Of a DNA stretch of 64,000 nt, positions 26,978-39,679 are shown piece after piece. Each line of letters starts with the position of its first letter. Position 1 is the stretch's first letter. The notes beneath the pieces were generated by a model. That model searched no databases. It saw only the letters and a list, made by a program, of their open reading frames with translations, and was not told where the DNA came from. The position numbers and the translations under genes are program-made. Source of the stretch: Trichosphaerium sp. ATCC 40318 (lineage: Eukaryota > Protista > Tubulinea); contig JALMLS010000612.1 of NCBI GenBank assembly GCA_038496445.1, positions 744,001 to 808,000 of the forward strand, read 5' to 3'.

Positions 26978-28625
26978 TTATTGTTCCATTTCTTCAACTT
27001 CTTTTTTCTTTGGTTCTGGAGGTAGCACTGATTGTTCTTCCATTTTTTTAATTTGTTCTTCTGTAAGTTTACCTGCTTTTATTGCCTTGTCATAAGCTGT
27101 CTTGTGTTTCTTTGATGCGCAGTGTGCAACGAACCTTTAGATTTTGATTTGTTAGGTTACTACTTTTTCAAGGCTTGTGTTGGCGTACGTTTTAGCAGTT
27201 TTGAATTTCTTACGGCAACTGTAACAGTGTACAAATGCTGCCTTTTTAGATGCAGTCTTATTTGATCCAGATTTTTGTTGTTTTTTTTGTTGTTGCTCCT
27301 TCTTCTTGGTAGCTTTTTTATCTTTTTCTTCGTTGTAGCTCTGTAATGTTGCCTATAAAATAATCACGTGAGTACGTCTAGAACGTCGAAACAGGCTGTC
27401 AACAAAGACAACTAGAGGTTTTGTGTGTTATGCTAAGGAGGGTTGTGTGAAAAAATGTAGCAACGCAGTTATGTGTCATAAAAAAAATTTACTTGAAATG
27501 CCTGTGTACCTCCATTTGTTCCTCAAGTTGTCTCTGAAATTCTTCATCCTCAGCATCTCCATAAACACCTTCTATCTCCTCAACAAGCTCTTCACCTTTT
27601 TCTTTTAGCTCTTCTTCAAAAGCACGTTGTGCTTCCTCTTGTTGTTTCTTAATTTCTTGGATACGTTTTTCTTGTTGCTGTTTCTTTTTTTTAGTGCTTT
27701 GAAGTTTTGACACCAACCCACCTTAACAACATGTCAACCCCCTTGTTTGCTATTAAAATGCAGTACGTTTTGAAGCTTCTTGGTTGAGACCTCTTTCATA
27801 CGCTTGGTACGCATTAGTGGTCTTGTAAACACTCCACAACCAGTAAACACCGCCAGCCTATTATATTTTTAATCAAATAAATACTAGTGAATTGCAAACA
27901 AAGTAGTTGTTCTGACGTACCCCAAATAAGCCTGCTACAGTTACAGATAGTACAGTACGAACTACATCAAGTTAAAACAACATTTCCGTTAAATACAAAG
28001 AGCGTGTGAAGCAGAAAATTCAGCAAAATAATTCAAAACTGTAAAAAAAAATTGGTACAATACCTAGCTTAGACAGTTCGCTTTCAGGCTCAGGTGGCGG
28101 AGCATCGCGTTTTTCCTGCTCTTCGAAGCGTTCTTCGTCTCTGGCTTTTTTCTTCATTTGGTCCATTGCTATTGTGACACGTCATTATAAGACGTACAAA
28201 GAATACCTAGAAGGGCACAGGGAACGTACCATCTTCGTGTTCGTAGCTCTCTTCGTTGTACTCAGTTGTACCATATTGTAGCAAGCGCTCATAGCGCTCT
28301 CGCTTTTTAGGAGTGCTTAATACGTCATAAACTGTAAAAGTCAGTCTTTTTTTTGTACAAACAAATTAAAATACGCACTAAATGACAAGCGAGTGAATTT
28401 TGCTTGTACTTCTGGGTCTGTTTTGAAGTTTTCGTTTTTATCTGGGTGATAGGCTACAATCTTTTTGAAAAACACCTTTTTGATGGCCTTGGTTGTAGCG
28501 TTCTGTTCTACGCCCAATTCATCAAAGTAATTAAGCTTTCGCTTTTTCTTCTTTTTTTTCGCTTGTACAGTGCAAAATAATACTAAAGCGATCACCAAGA
28601 GCGCAATGGCTACCTTTGTGCTCAT
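26978..28625 (-). CDS. Membrane DnaJ protein: signal peptide, J domain, TM, coiled coil, C2H2 zinc finger
   Basis: MSTKVAIALLVIALVLFCTVQA signal; YHPDKN; hydrophobic segment VLSVTVAGLFGAGGVYWLW; CYSC..H..H finger. Confidence 0.85.
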
Positions 28626-28942
28626 GTTGACACCAATTCACTCTTTTAAGTTTTGGTCAAACTTGTAAGTTGGATGTTGTGGCTTAGAACATTAGTAAAC
28701 GCGAAATGCGCTCGTAATTCTACAGTAGGTGGTTCACACTGAACTTTACAGGCACGTTTATCAAAATCGTTTCAGGCACATCAATGAAAACGGAATTAGA
28801 TGTCTCCATAATCTGCAAACAATCTCAAGACATCAGCCATAATGGTTTTTGTTTCTGGCGCGTTTATGTAAAAGTGTAAGGCGCGAAATTTGACTGTAAC
28901 TTGACATTTTACAAAAACACAAAAGTTGTACTTGGAATTAAG

Positions 28943-31001
28943 ATGCAGAAGCTACCGCAACCATTACGCACAGAATTAAATGGCTCTATTCACGGCATTA
29001 CAAAAGAGCAGGCAAGACTCATTGTTGAGGAAAACGCTCTAAGGCGTAGAATGGCTTCTGGAGAGAACGTTAGAGAATCTGATATGCTTGTTGATGTGTT
29101 TGACAACGTGCCTCTACTTATTCGTCAACAACGCACTGTTGCCGAACAACAGATACCTTACCTGCTCACACAAGCTTGTAAAAACAATTATAACTGTTCA
29201 ACAATTGTTTCGCATCAAGAATTTTTACAACGCTGGAACACCTTCACAAATGGTACGTAGCATTGTAAATACTATATCCACGGCGTTAGTACCTCGCTAT
29301 AAAATTCTTAGAAGCTGTTTAACCCACTTTTAGGTTTACTTGACGGACTAAACTGGGACGGTCTCTTCCTAGCTGGTGGATCTATTCTCGCGTGTCTTTC
29401 TCAAGATACGGATTTGGGTAACATTACATGAAGCTTTTTTCGCCAGCTATTCACTCATGTATTGCTTAGCTGACTTTAAACGAAATGACATTGACATTTT
29501 CTTTGTTGGACATGGAAGAGAAAATTATCAAGGTAAAACCCTTTCAAACTCTTTAACCAAATACTTATTTTACTTCTAGAGCAATGTGACGCAAAATTGA
29601 ACCATATACTAAGCGTTATATCAGCTAACTCGAACACGCAAGGGAGATTGGGTACAGTATACATGATTTTATTGTATCTAACTCAGAATCAGTGTGTACA
29701 AACAGAGCTATTACAATTCCAAACGTCAAGGAACATAGGCCAGTACAAGTAGTATTAAGATTATTCCAGTCGCCGTTGGATGTACTACTAAGCTTTGATG
29801 TTGATGCTGGATGTGTTGGTTTTGATGGGGAGAAAGTATGGGCTACAAAACGATGGATAAGGTACTACAAGGTTCAAAGTAAAGCGTGTTAACACCTTAA
29901 TAGGGCCATGACAAAAGGCTACAACTTATACATGCCATCTGAGTTAACCATACCAGCACGATATGAATACAGACTCTTCAAATATAGTAAGAGAGGCTTT
30001 GCTGTACGTCCAGTACTTGAAAGAAAAAATTTATCTTACGTTGTACTAGACTGCTGTTCCTCGTTTTGATCCATCTCTTGTTCATCAAGACGTTTGGGAT
30101 CGTAAACTAAGAGAAGTTGAGGTGTGGAATCCGAACTGAAAATAGTACTAACTTGAGTTAAGGGCGTCAACAAGCTTGTTCTTTGGGATGTTATTGCAAA
30201 GAGCCCTTGCAGACATTATGTTGTCAATAGATGTGATGATATTGATTTATGCCTGAAGGGAGGAAAGATGTATTGCACTCACTGCAAAAAGCATATAGAT
30301 GCTTCAGAAGTTGCAGATAGGCCAGATGTTATTGAGCGCTTTTCTAAGCCTTTACCTTGGATGTCAGAGAATACAGTTTACCAAGACTACGAGAAAGGAA
30401 AGTTTAAAAGGTATGTAGTATTGTAGGCTCAAAGAGACTCTGGAGCCATTGCACTGAAGCTATTAACACCTGGTTTAGAATTTTGAACAGCGCTCCTATT
30501 GACTTGAACGAGGATTGGTCCCATGGAGTGTACACAGCGCCAAATAGATTTGAGAACCTTGGTAAACACAAGGAACCTGAAGAGGATGAAGAACCTGCAA
30601 AAGAAAATCCACTGTTGTCTACAAAGCGAGGATATACTCGAGACGAGATACGTGATAGAGAGGATGCAATATTAAAAGCTAGAGATGATTTCAGTGAGCG
30701 TATTCGGTTGAGGAAAATACAAGAAGCTGAAGAAATTAAAAAAGCTGGTATTCCACCTTATGTTGCTATGCAAATGAAGAATTGTTTGGCAAAGATTGAG
30801 TTGTGCTACAACTCCAATTATCTAACACAAGATTTACGGTAAGAATGTTCAGTTGAAGAGAATGTCATCTAATTTTGGGGTTTTTTTAGAGAACAATTTA
30901 CAGAAAGAGTGCAACGTGCTGATGCGTCCCTACTTGATATGTCGTTCCTACCAGACGACGTAGATGAGATATGCCAGTATTTGCAAGCATCTCTAGAATG
31001 A
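28943..31001 (+). CDS. Pol-beta-like nucleotidyltransferase-fold protein
   Basis: FLAGGSILACL..NDIDIFF (GS plus DxD), VQVVLRLF..VLLSFDVD, YEYRLFKYSKRGF. Confidence 0.7.
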
Positions 31002-31235
31002 GGACATGATGGTAGTATTCAGTAGTTAACGTTCCGGACAAAAAGATCAAAACGTGTAAAATAAAATAATTTTCTGTAGATCAAAAAACAGAGAAGTTGC
31101 TTCTGTGGTTACAATATCACGTGGTTGTAAAAAAGGCGAAAAAAGGGAACAAATAGCTACTCTATAATAACGGGCTCACAGTTTCAAAATAAGAAAAAAG
31201 CGGAGTCTATTTAGAGTCAATCATTGTGTCACAAC

Positions 31236-34200
31236 ATGGCTGAAGCTCCAAATGACACCGCAAGTGAGGAGGAGAGTATGGTTATACGCCTAACAGACTC
31301 TTCCAATATAAGTGGTGGGAAAAGTGACAATATACGCTCTTCGCTCTACGTTAGTACCACAGGGCCTAATTTACTAAATGGAGGCGATAAGGACAAGCCA
31401 AAAACTGCAAAGCCAGATAGTGGGCGATTAAACTCATATCACTTGAGCCTATCTGCAAATACCATTCGATTTAATATTAGCGAAGGAAAACGTTTCTGGG
31501 ACTCAACCAACAAGGAAGTTATATTTTACACCAAAGAATTATTGACAGTGGTGAGCTACGACCGATTACAGGAGCGTCGTAGAGTGTTTGAAAAATCTGC
31601 GTGCGTCTACTTGTCACCTAAATATTTTTAACCATACAACAGCCTTGTGGGCTTCCCAAAGGCAGATGACATCGAAACGTTGAAGTTTTCACCTGATCAT
31701 ACACTATTATGCTATAAACTAATAGATCGATCTACCAATCGTAAATTACGCGATGACATAGTATCCTACACCAAACCTACCATTTTTATAATTTTTTGTA
31801 TGATTTTCTAACACTTCCCTAACTCTCAAGTACTTCTATAACCTTTCCGCTGGAAGGAGTACGCGACAAAGCAGTTTAAAAGTAAACAAAACATACAATC
31901 GCGTGTTGGGATTTTATTGGACGAATCGCTCGAATATCGTTTATGTGACGTCCAATGGACTTGAATTTTATGCGGTACGCATACCCCGTTATCCCTTTAT
32001 AATACACATTGCGTTCAAGAGTGTCACATTATTCATTGTGACGCTGGAGGATGTTTTTCGTAAAAAAAGTGACTGAAACTGGAATTTTTTTTGAAGAACT
32101 TTTCGTGTACTTCTACCTTGTTTGTGGCTTACTCATATGTGTTTTAGTGTCATAAAGGAACTCTTAAATTTGTTAAAGAGTATAAACATCAAGTTAATTG
32201 GCATGTGTACTCGGTACGAAATGAACATCCTTTTGTTCCCTCAAAAATTTGAGATGCAAGTTAACCTTTTTTGACATTTCGTCTTGATTTTACTTTGGGT
32301 TTTTTTTCGTACGAAGCAGATAATATAAGTCAGTACAATTTTTATACCACATTTTGTGGTTTATTCCATTTTTGATATGTTTTGGCGGTATCTTTTGGAG
32401 ATTCTTTTTTTTTTTTTTTTGCTTTTTTTTCTGAGTCCTTTTCTAGCCGCAAGTAAGAATTCTTATGATATCAACTGGGAGTAAGAAAAATGTTTTATAC
32501 GGGTATCATTTTACATTAAGACCAAATAATGTTATCAAACTACCAAAATTTGAAATACAAATGCCAACAAGAAGCGCAACATTAGAGGCCAAACATATAC
32601 GCATAAGTCAAATGTATTACATTAACTTTTTTTTTTTTTTGAGCTTCATGTAAATAACCCCTTTATAGATATAGTCGCGTATTTTGTATCCAAACAGACC
32701 CACATAATAAGCAGCTTGTGTTGTATAAACTAACAAAAGAAAAAGTATTAAAGTACGCCAATACTACAAACAAAACAATCGATACAACAAAAAATCTGAC
32801 TTTTGTTTTTAGGAGCTTAACAATTGATCTCCATGCGCCTGGTATATATTTTTTATTTCATTAAGATATGTACGTATGTATACCTAATTGATATCTATAG
32901 GTGATGTAAAGATCAACATACTAGATAATCTACTTGTAGTACATAACATTGACCAAAAGGTGATATTGCGCTTTTTGAAAAAACCAAAGTATTGAAAGAA
33001 TTAACACTGTTCTTCTAGATCTCTATGATGTTTGATACTAAGCTCAAAGGGAATCCAAAAGATTTAAGATTAGACTTTCCAATCGCAGCACCTCTACCTC
33101 TAGCACCTACCAAGCTTGATGGGAATCTAGTAGATCTTTGTATCCACAAGTTACCTTTTTTTATCTTCCTCAGATCTTCACCCTTTTTTTCTCCTTGACG
33201 TTCAGACTCAAAGTGGAATTTCGCTCTGCCAGATTATGTTATCGATTTGAACACTAACGGATGTGTATGGCAACTGGATATGGATCTGAAATTCATTGCA
33301 ATCTCCTTCAGTGATAGATACAAACTTGTCAACTTTCTGCTAAGAAGAGAGAATTCAAAACGACAACTTATTGATGTTTTACGGTAACTTTAATAGTGCC
33401 TTTTGTGTTTAATACTGACTACATATAAATAGTATGATAATCCAACAAGGAGAGGAATTACGTGTTATAACAACTATTTTCGATACGCTCAATGGAGTTC
33501 TTGCTAGCTATATTGAAAGTAAAAAGTGAGTCAGCTCTTTTCTTTTAATCTATTTACAGCTCAATCATTCAACATGTTGCTCCTTTCCATACACTTTCCT
33601 ATTTTTGCATACTATTGTTACCATGTGAACAGAAACAACGGTTTTTTAGCGGAGTTGAAGGAAGAGCAACTTTGAACTACAAAGTGTGCGACAATTTTAA
33701 TACTCACTGGTTTTTTTTTACAGGTCAACCAATAAAACTACACCTGGTTCTCCTAGAAAAGTAAAGTTCTCTCCAGAGCTTATAAGAAGATCAAACTCTG
33801 CAAGCGCTAGTGATCAGGATCTTGCATCATCTACATCAGAACAAATGTATGATGCATTCACAAGAGGGAAAACGCTTGATTTTTGGAACAAATTTATTAC
33901 AACTGAAGAACAAGCACTTAATAATTCGACTGGAAGTAATAAAGATTCGAAAGGGTGCGTATACGATCTGAAAATGATAAATTAGAGTCTTTAAAACAAA
34001 ACACATGTGCCATGTCGGCTGATCTTTTTTGTTTCTTTTTTTTTGTGTTGTTTTTTTTTTGGGTTTGTTATCTGACACGTTTGTTTTATTAAAAGGGGCC
34101 AACATAAATCACAATCTTATGACGTTGATTACGCGTTTCTAGATGAAAAAAATACAATCGATGGGCATGTTATCATTAAACAAGAAGAGATGTATGCTTT

Positions 34201-35344
34201 CGTATTTATGCCAGTAACAGAACGCAGCGTAAGTGTACACTAGCTTCTTCTTTGTACCATCGAAAACTATCTTTTTCTTGTATTCTTCTTTCTTGGTACC
34301 ATCACATATGAAGTCTATTAATGTTATCATTCTTAGGACGTTGATACAAAGTATATGGTTTCAGTACTATTGGAGTATATTCGTAGCTTGAATTTTCATC
34401 ATATTACAGTCCATTCTTTCCTTTATGAGTTATTAATTAATTTACTCGTAAATGCTGAGCGATACTATCAATTAAGACAGTTCTTACAAGTACGTCATTC
34501 TACAGATAAAAAAAAAAAGAAAACAAAGTCTATTGTTGTTTGTCATTTCTCCAATGCTAGCTCTCTTGTATAGCTGTTAATATTTGACTTAAACCAACAT
34601 TGAGAATGGCTGTGTTTTGTTTTTCCTCTCAAAACGCCGAGTACTCGAGGTTTCGACAAAAACAGTCTTTGTTTTTTTTTGATTTCTTCAAGAATTTTTT
34701 TCTCATTTTCTTCTCATAATAATGGTGTTAGTATCACGTGATTTCTGATTCGATGCATGTTGCTTGTCAATTGTTATCTCTAGAGAATAGTTACCCACCA
34801 GCATATCAACTAGCACTTGATATGTTAAAAAGGTTATCAAAAACTGAAACAAAAGTTTTAGATCAACTTGTTGATATTTTACTCATAAAAGGACAAGTAC
34901 GTACCTTACTCTTCTTCTTTTTTTTTGTACAAAACCTCCTTATCCACCCGTATATTTCTTAAAAAAACCTGCTGTAATCTTTGAGGCCTTCAAATTGCGA
35001 CATTCCGAGTCTTGGCATGCACGGCTTGTCAAAACATTTTTGAACAAAAAACCAAGCTCGACATTGTCATGGTTCTTAGTCTGAGCCTCGATTTTTTTTA
35101 TAAAGCCTTGGTGTTTTGCAAGTACTTACGTTGTATTTATTAGGTTTTACAAGCTCTACGGTTTGTTAAGACTCATAAAATTCCAGCAGTTGCAAAAAGA
35201 TTTTTAGAACGTGCAAAAATGTTGAATGATGATACACTGTTTTATATGGTATACAATTACTTTAAGGCTCGTAAGGAATTGAATGATAGTTGTTCAGAGT
35301 ACACTGCTTACTACAAGAAGCAGTTTTCTCGTAAAAATTTTTAA
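31236..35344 (+). CDS. RMC1: Regulator of MON1-CCZ1 complex (Mic1/C18orf8), multi-exon
   Basis: Mic1 domain: LLEYIRSL, YYQLRQFLQYHVISDSMHVACQLLSLENSYPPAYQLALDMLKRL; N-terminal LKFSPD and LGFYW propeller motifs. Confidence 0.9.
31761..31830 (+). other. Putative U12-type intron in RMC1
   Basis: Donor GTATCCT; branch TTCCCTAAC 7 nt before the 3' end; no pyrimidine tract after it; removal restores frame. Confidence 0.75.
33140..33205 (+). other. Putative U12-type intron in RMC1
   Basis: Donor GTATCC; branch TCCTTGAC followed by GTTCAG; removal restores LYSKW. Confidence 0.8.
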
Positions 35345-36257
35345 AAAGAAGCTCATAAGAAAGCGAAACAATAAAAACACAAAAAAAGAAAAAAGCACCT
35401 TTGCTTGATTATTTTTTTTGACTCAGACACCGATTCCAAAAAAAAAAAGAAGTAAAGGCGGACCGGTAACAGCACAACATTAGTTCGCATTGTGATTTTC
35501 ATAATATAAAGAACTGTTAAAAGTAAGTACAATGGACGAAAGGAAATTCACGTTTTTTTTTTGCTCATGTGCAACAAAACAGTTTGAGTTTACACTTATT
35601 TACAAGAAATCACGTTTTTAGCGAACTACACCACAAAGGATTCTAAAAATAGCCACACAGTCAAATCTTCAGGGTCAAGGAGTGTTCACACAGAATGTGT
35701 ACATGCAAACAAACATGTCGTGAAAGGGATGGGTAAGCTAGTACTACAGAAAAGTCTACACAGCCAGTCTAAAAAAGAATGTTTGGTAGGTTTTTTGGAC
35801 ATTTGAACAGACAAAGACCGAAGCTCTGTTGTATAACTTGGTACAAATTGTAGTTAACAAAATAGTCATAATATGTCAATGAAATGAGAATATACAGCAT
35901 TAATATCGTCTTCACCGTGATTCCTTAGTTTGTGTTGTAACATTACTTTGAACCTGGTCACTTGTACAATTGTTTTTTTTTGCACTTTTGCACTATTTCT
36001 CCGACAGTACCCAATATCTAAGTTGCGCTTTTTGTGTTCCTTGTTGTCTCGAGTACAAAATACGCTGAATCGTAACGTATCAGACTAATCGAGTTCCTAA
36101 CAAAAAGACACTTAACCTATTTTTATATTAAGTCTTGTTTAATTTTCGTTATGCTTTGGCAGCCAAAGGACTACTATCACGGTTTTTAAGTAATTTTTTA
36201 TTATTAATATTGTACAATGTGTGCCTCATTTGTTTGTTTTGTAAGGGTTTTCGTTTC

Positions 36258-37398
36258 TTATGTATTATTGTCTTTATTCTCTTGTTCTTTCTTGGGAACG
36301 CGACCAATCAATTGTTGTGTAATATCGCCAAAAAAATCTTGTACATTTTCACCTGACTTTGATGACATCTCCATGTTCTGTAAATTCCTTGCATTACAGT
36401 ATTCTGTAGCCTACGTATACAGTAATGAGTATAACATACAATATCATTGATAATAATCACCTCTTCAAGTGTAACTTGGCGATCTTCTTCAACGTCTATT
36501 TTATTTCCAGCAACAAAAATTAAGCAGTCACCAACTTGGGATCTTAGCTCTTTATACCTTTATTAAAAACCGTCAAAAACATGCATATATTAATACCACA
36601 GTGTGTATAAAGCTATGCACAATATATCTGGTACAGCTGAGTACGCGTGGAACGTATATTTTCAAGAAAGAAAAAAAATGAACATAAGCCTTTTCGTACC
36701 AGTAGTTTACCTCGGTGAAACTCTCTTTAGATGTTATATCGTACACAAGAACAGCTGCATCTGCTACCCTATAGTATATTGGCATCATTGCTTTGAAACG
36801 TTCTTGTCCTGTAAAGGTGTCAACAAAGAAAAAATAAAAAACTGAGTTTTTTGGGGATCTGAGCTAAGATACTGTTGTGTAATATTGTTCATTTGGTTCG
36901 TACCAGCCTATTCAAGTATTAGTGATACTTTAAACATTGATTGGTGTAAGTTTGTATTTTAAAGTCGTTTTGTTTTTATATTTTATTTTAACAAAGGCGT
37001 ATGGCGTCTACGTACTGTATCCCACATTTCTATCGTCATCATTTTATTGTCCGGTGTTTTTATGGTTTTAGTTGAAAATACTGCACCAATGGTTGAATCA
37101 ACAGTTGGATGGAATACCTCTACGCATTGTTAGTTGTACAGTGAAACAATTAGAGTCTGTACGACTGATAACATTTTTAATGTACTAACGGTCAGAAAAT
37201 ACAGCCTGGTCGCTAGGAGTTGAATTGTAGCGTACCTTGAGAGTATCGCATGAGAATAGAGGTTTTCCCAACACCTGACTTCCCCAAAAAAACTATTTTG
37301 TACGTTTTAACATCTAGAGGAGATGCATGTCGTGTTTTGAAAGGTCGGAATCGCGCAGCGACTTGTTCGCTTGTTTCTTTATCGTTTAAGCACCCCAT
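36258..37398 (-). CDS. Rab5-group small GTPase with N-terminal MGC and no C-terminal Cys
   Basis: GKSGVGKT, STIGAVF, WDTAGQERF (via 4-nt micro-exon), YYRVADAA, GNKID, SSK. Confidence 0.9.
36904..36907 (-). other. 4-nt micro-exon (GCTG) of the Rab gene
   Basis: Flanked by TAG and GTACGA; required to build WDT-AG-QERF. Confidence 0.9.
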
Positions 37399-37564
37399 TG
37401 TATCAGAACACTCTTAATTTCGTTCGGGGAACCAGTATTAGCCGTATCTATTTAAATTTACGAATAAAAAGCGCTGTCGTTACTCAAAATACTGTCAGAG
37501 TCCACTAAATAAGTATAAAATACGTACAAACGCTCTGCTTCTTGCTATGAAAGTTGTTTTGTGG

Positions 37565-39393
37565 CTATGTGGAATTCTGTGGACATTTTGGTATAATAGC
37601 TATCACTGAAGCCGATAAAACAACCTCTGTGTCTAATGCTTTTAATTTTACCCTTGTACGCGTACTAGTACAGCCTAATAATGTAACCTACATGTATTCA
37701 AAAAACCAAAAAGCAGTTCTATCAGTGAAAGGTAGAAACTAGTTTGTAAGCTAACCGTTGGCAGTTGTAAGGTGTTTATACGAGGTAACTCATTTAATGC
37801 ATGTTTTGACACGGCGAAGCCTGTAGCAAAACAAGTTCTGCACGTTTTCAAGTAAATACCGACCATTGGGTACATGATATCTACTGTGCGATATAAATAC
37901 TAGCCCGCTTGTGCTTACCACTTGAAAGGAATACATGAGTTTTCTCAAAGAAATACATGCCAAGAGTTCCAAATTAGCTAGTACTTCTTGAATATTAATC
38001 ACGTGCGTTGCCAAATATTTATGATCCCTATCATTCTTGCAAAAACAAGAAAGGAGCCAACATGTAATAGCAATCAAAAATATGACTGACAAGGGAAGCG
38101 GTTCACTTGAATGTTTTCAAAGTAGCATTTAGTACTTTTGCCATTTGGACTCTTTCTACTGTTTCTCTATCTGTTTTTTCATCTATAGGCTCTATTCTCT
38201 TATTAATCTCTATCATTGCATCTTGTACTTTATCATATAGTATCTCTCCTGTATCAGATAATAAACCTTCCCTTTTCAAGAGTGTATCCATTGCTGGAGT
38301 TCCTGTGGCTATACAAGAAGCACATGAAGAGTCATTAATAATTGCTAATAAAAAAGTTAGAATTAATGTTGCACAGATTTTGAAAGGTACCTTTAAGAAT
38401 GCTGTAGTTAATTTGTTTGGTATTGGAAACATTTACAATCCATTTAGGTAATGAAGTGAAGCCGAGACCTTATTTTTTTGGTTAATCATTAATTACACTA
38501 AAGAAAAAGTTCAATTTAAAAATAGATTTAAAAAAAACCAAACTAAACAAAGTATAGGTTACCAGTGTCTATGTAATTGATACCATATCCATAACACCCA
38601 ATGATATCAATGCTGAGCAAATAATCTTTATGCATTTGCGCTTTGATAAGTGAGAAAGGCAGCAAAATACCTGTCTGCAGCGTTGCTATTTTTAGCAGAT
38701 TAATTTACTAATACATAGACTAAGTTATACTACCTCCCCATGGTATCATTTCACACTCTATAAAGGCTATATGCGTCAACACAGTATACTTTGTTCTTCG
38801 TAACTCTACAGATACTATCGTTAATGAATTATAAACTCGGATTTCTTGATAATGGATTAGGAAGAATATTTTTTAAAACACCTTTTAAAGCTTTGCTATT
38901 CTCGAATTGTGCAGGATCGTCAATTAACGGTAGTCTCCAGTACTCATCATACTCCCCATATCTACGTTGTGGTTTATAAGGAAAGCGCATTTTGCCTGTA
39001 AATAGCATAGTTCCTGGACATTTTGTAAATAGTACACAACGGCACTTTTTGTACCAATAACGCTGAGCGTGAAGCCGTCCAATTTCTTTTTTCGTATCTG
39101 CGAGCACAGTAAAACCAGTATTCAACCGTTTATTATTAAATTCAATGTACCGTTATTGAACTGACGTTTGGGAATACTCTGAAGAGCGCATGTAGCTTTT
39201 TAATGCCTTTGGGTATGTAAGGTGACAAATCGAGTTTTGTAGTACTTGAAACAATATACTCTTTCCAATACTTAGATACACGCATACAAGAGCGTTTAGA
39301 ACGTAAATTATCAACAAACGACAAGACATGATAAATAACCTCCGGTGGTAACTCTGGAAGAGGCACAGTACTCCGTGACCTTCTGTTACCCAT
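37565..39393 (-). CDS. F-box domain protein, multi-exon
   Basis: LPELPPEVIYHVLSFV..CMRVSKYWKE F-box; downstream exons not assignable to a family. Confidence 0.75.
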
Positions 39394-39679
39394 AGCTACA
39401 CGCCTGTAAACACAAAACACAATCCAGTTTTTGACCGACAAAACACTGCATGTCAAAAACCACCTTTAATTAAACTGTCCCAAATTGATTCGTAGGTTTT
39501 GTTCTCTTTAGCCAATGCAATTATTTTGTCACTTATGAGACAGACTGACACTGTATATGACTGAACAGAAAGAATAAAACAAAGCAACATTTATGACAAG
39601 TGGGTAACATCTCTGTTGTATTCACGTATCTGTGCCATAAGAGCTATATCTACAATGAATTCTTAATTAAAAATTTTAT

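Noticed and set aside
37670-37760. Apparent pair of 17-nt tiny introns in the F-box gene
   Set aside because: A single ordinary-length intron explains the frame more simply
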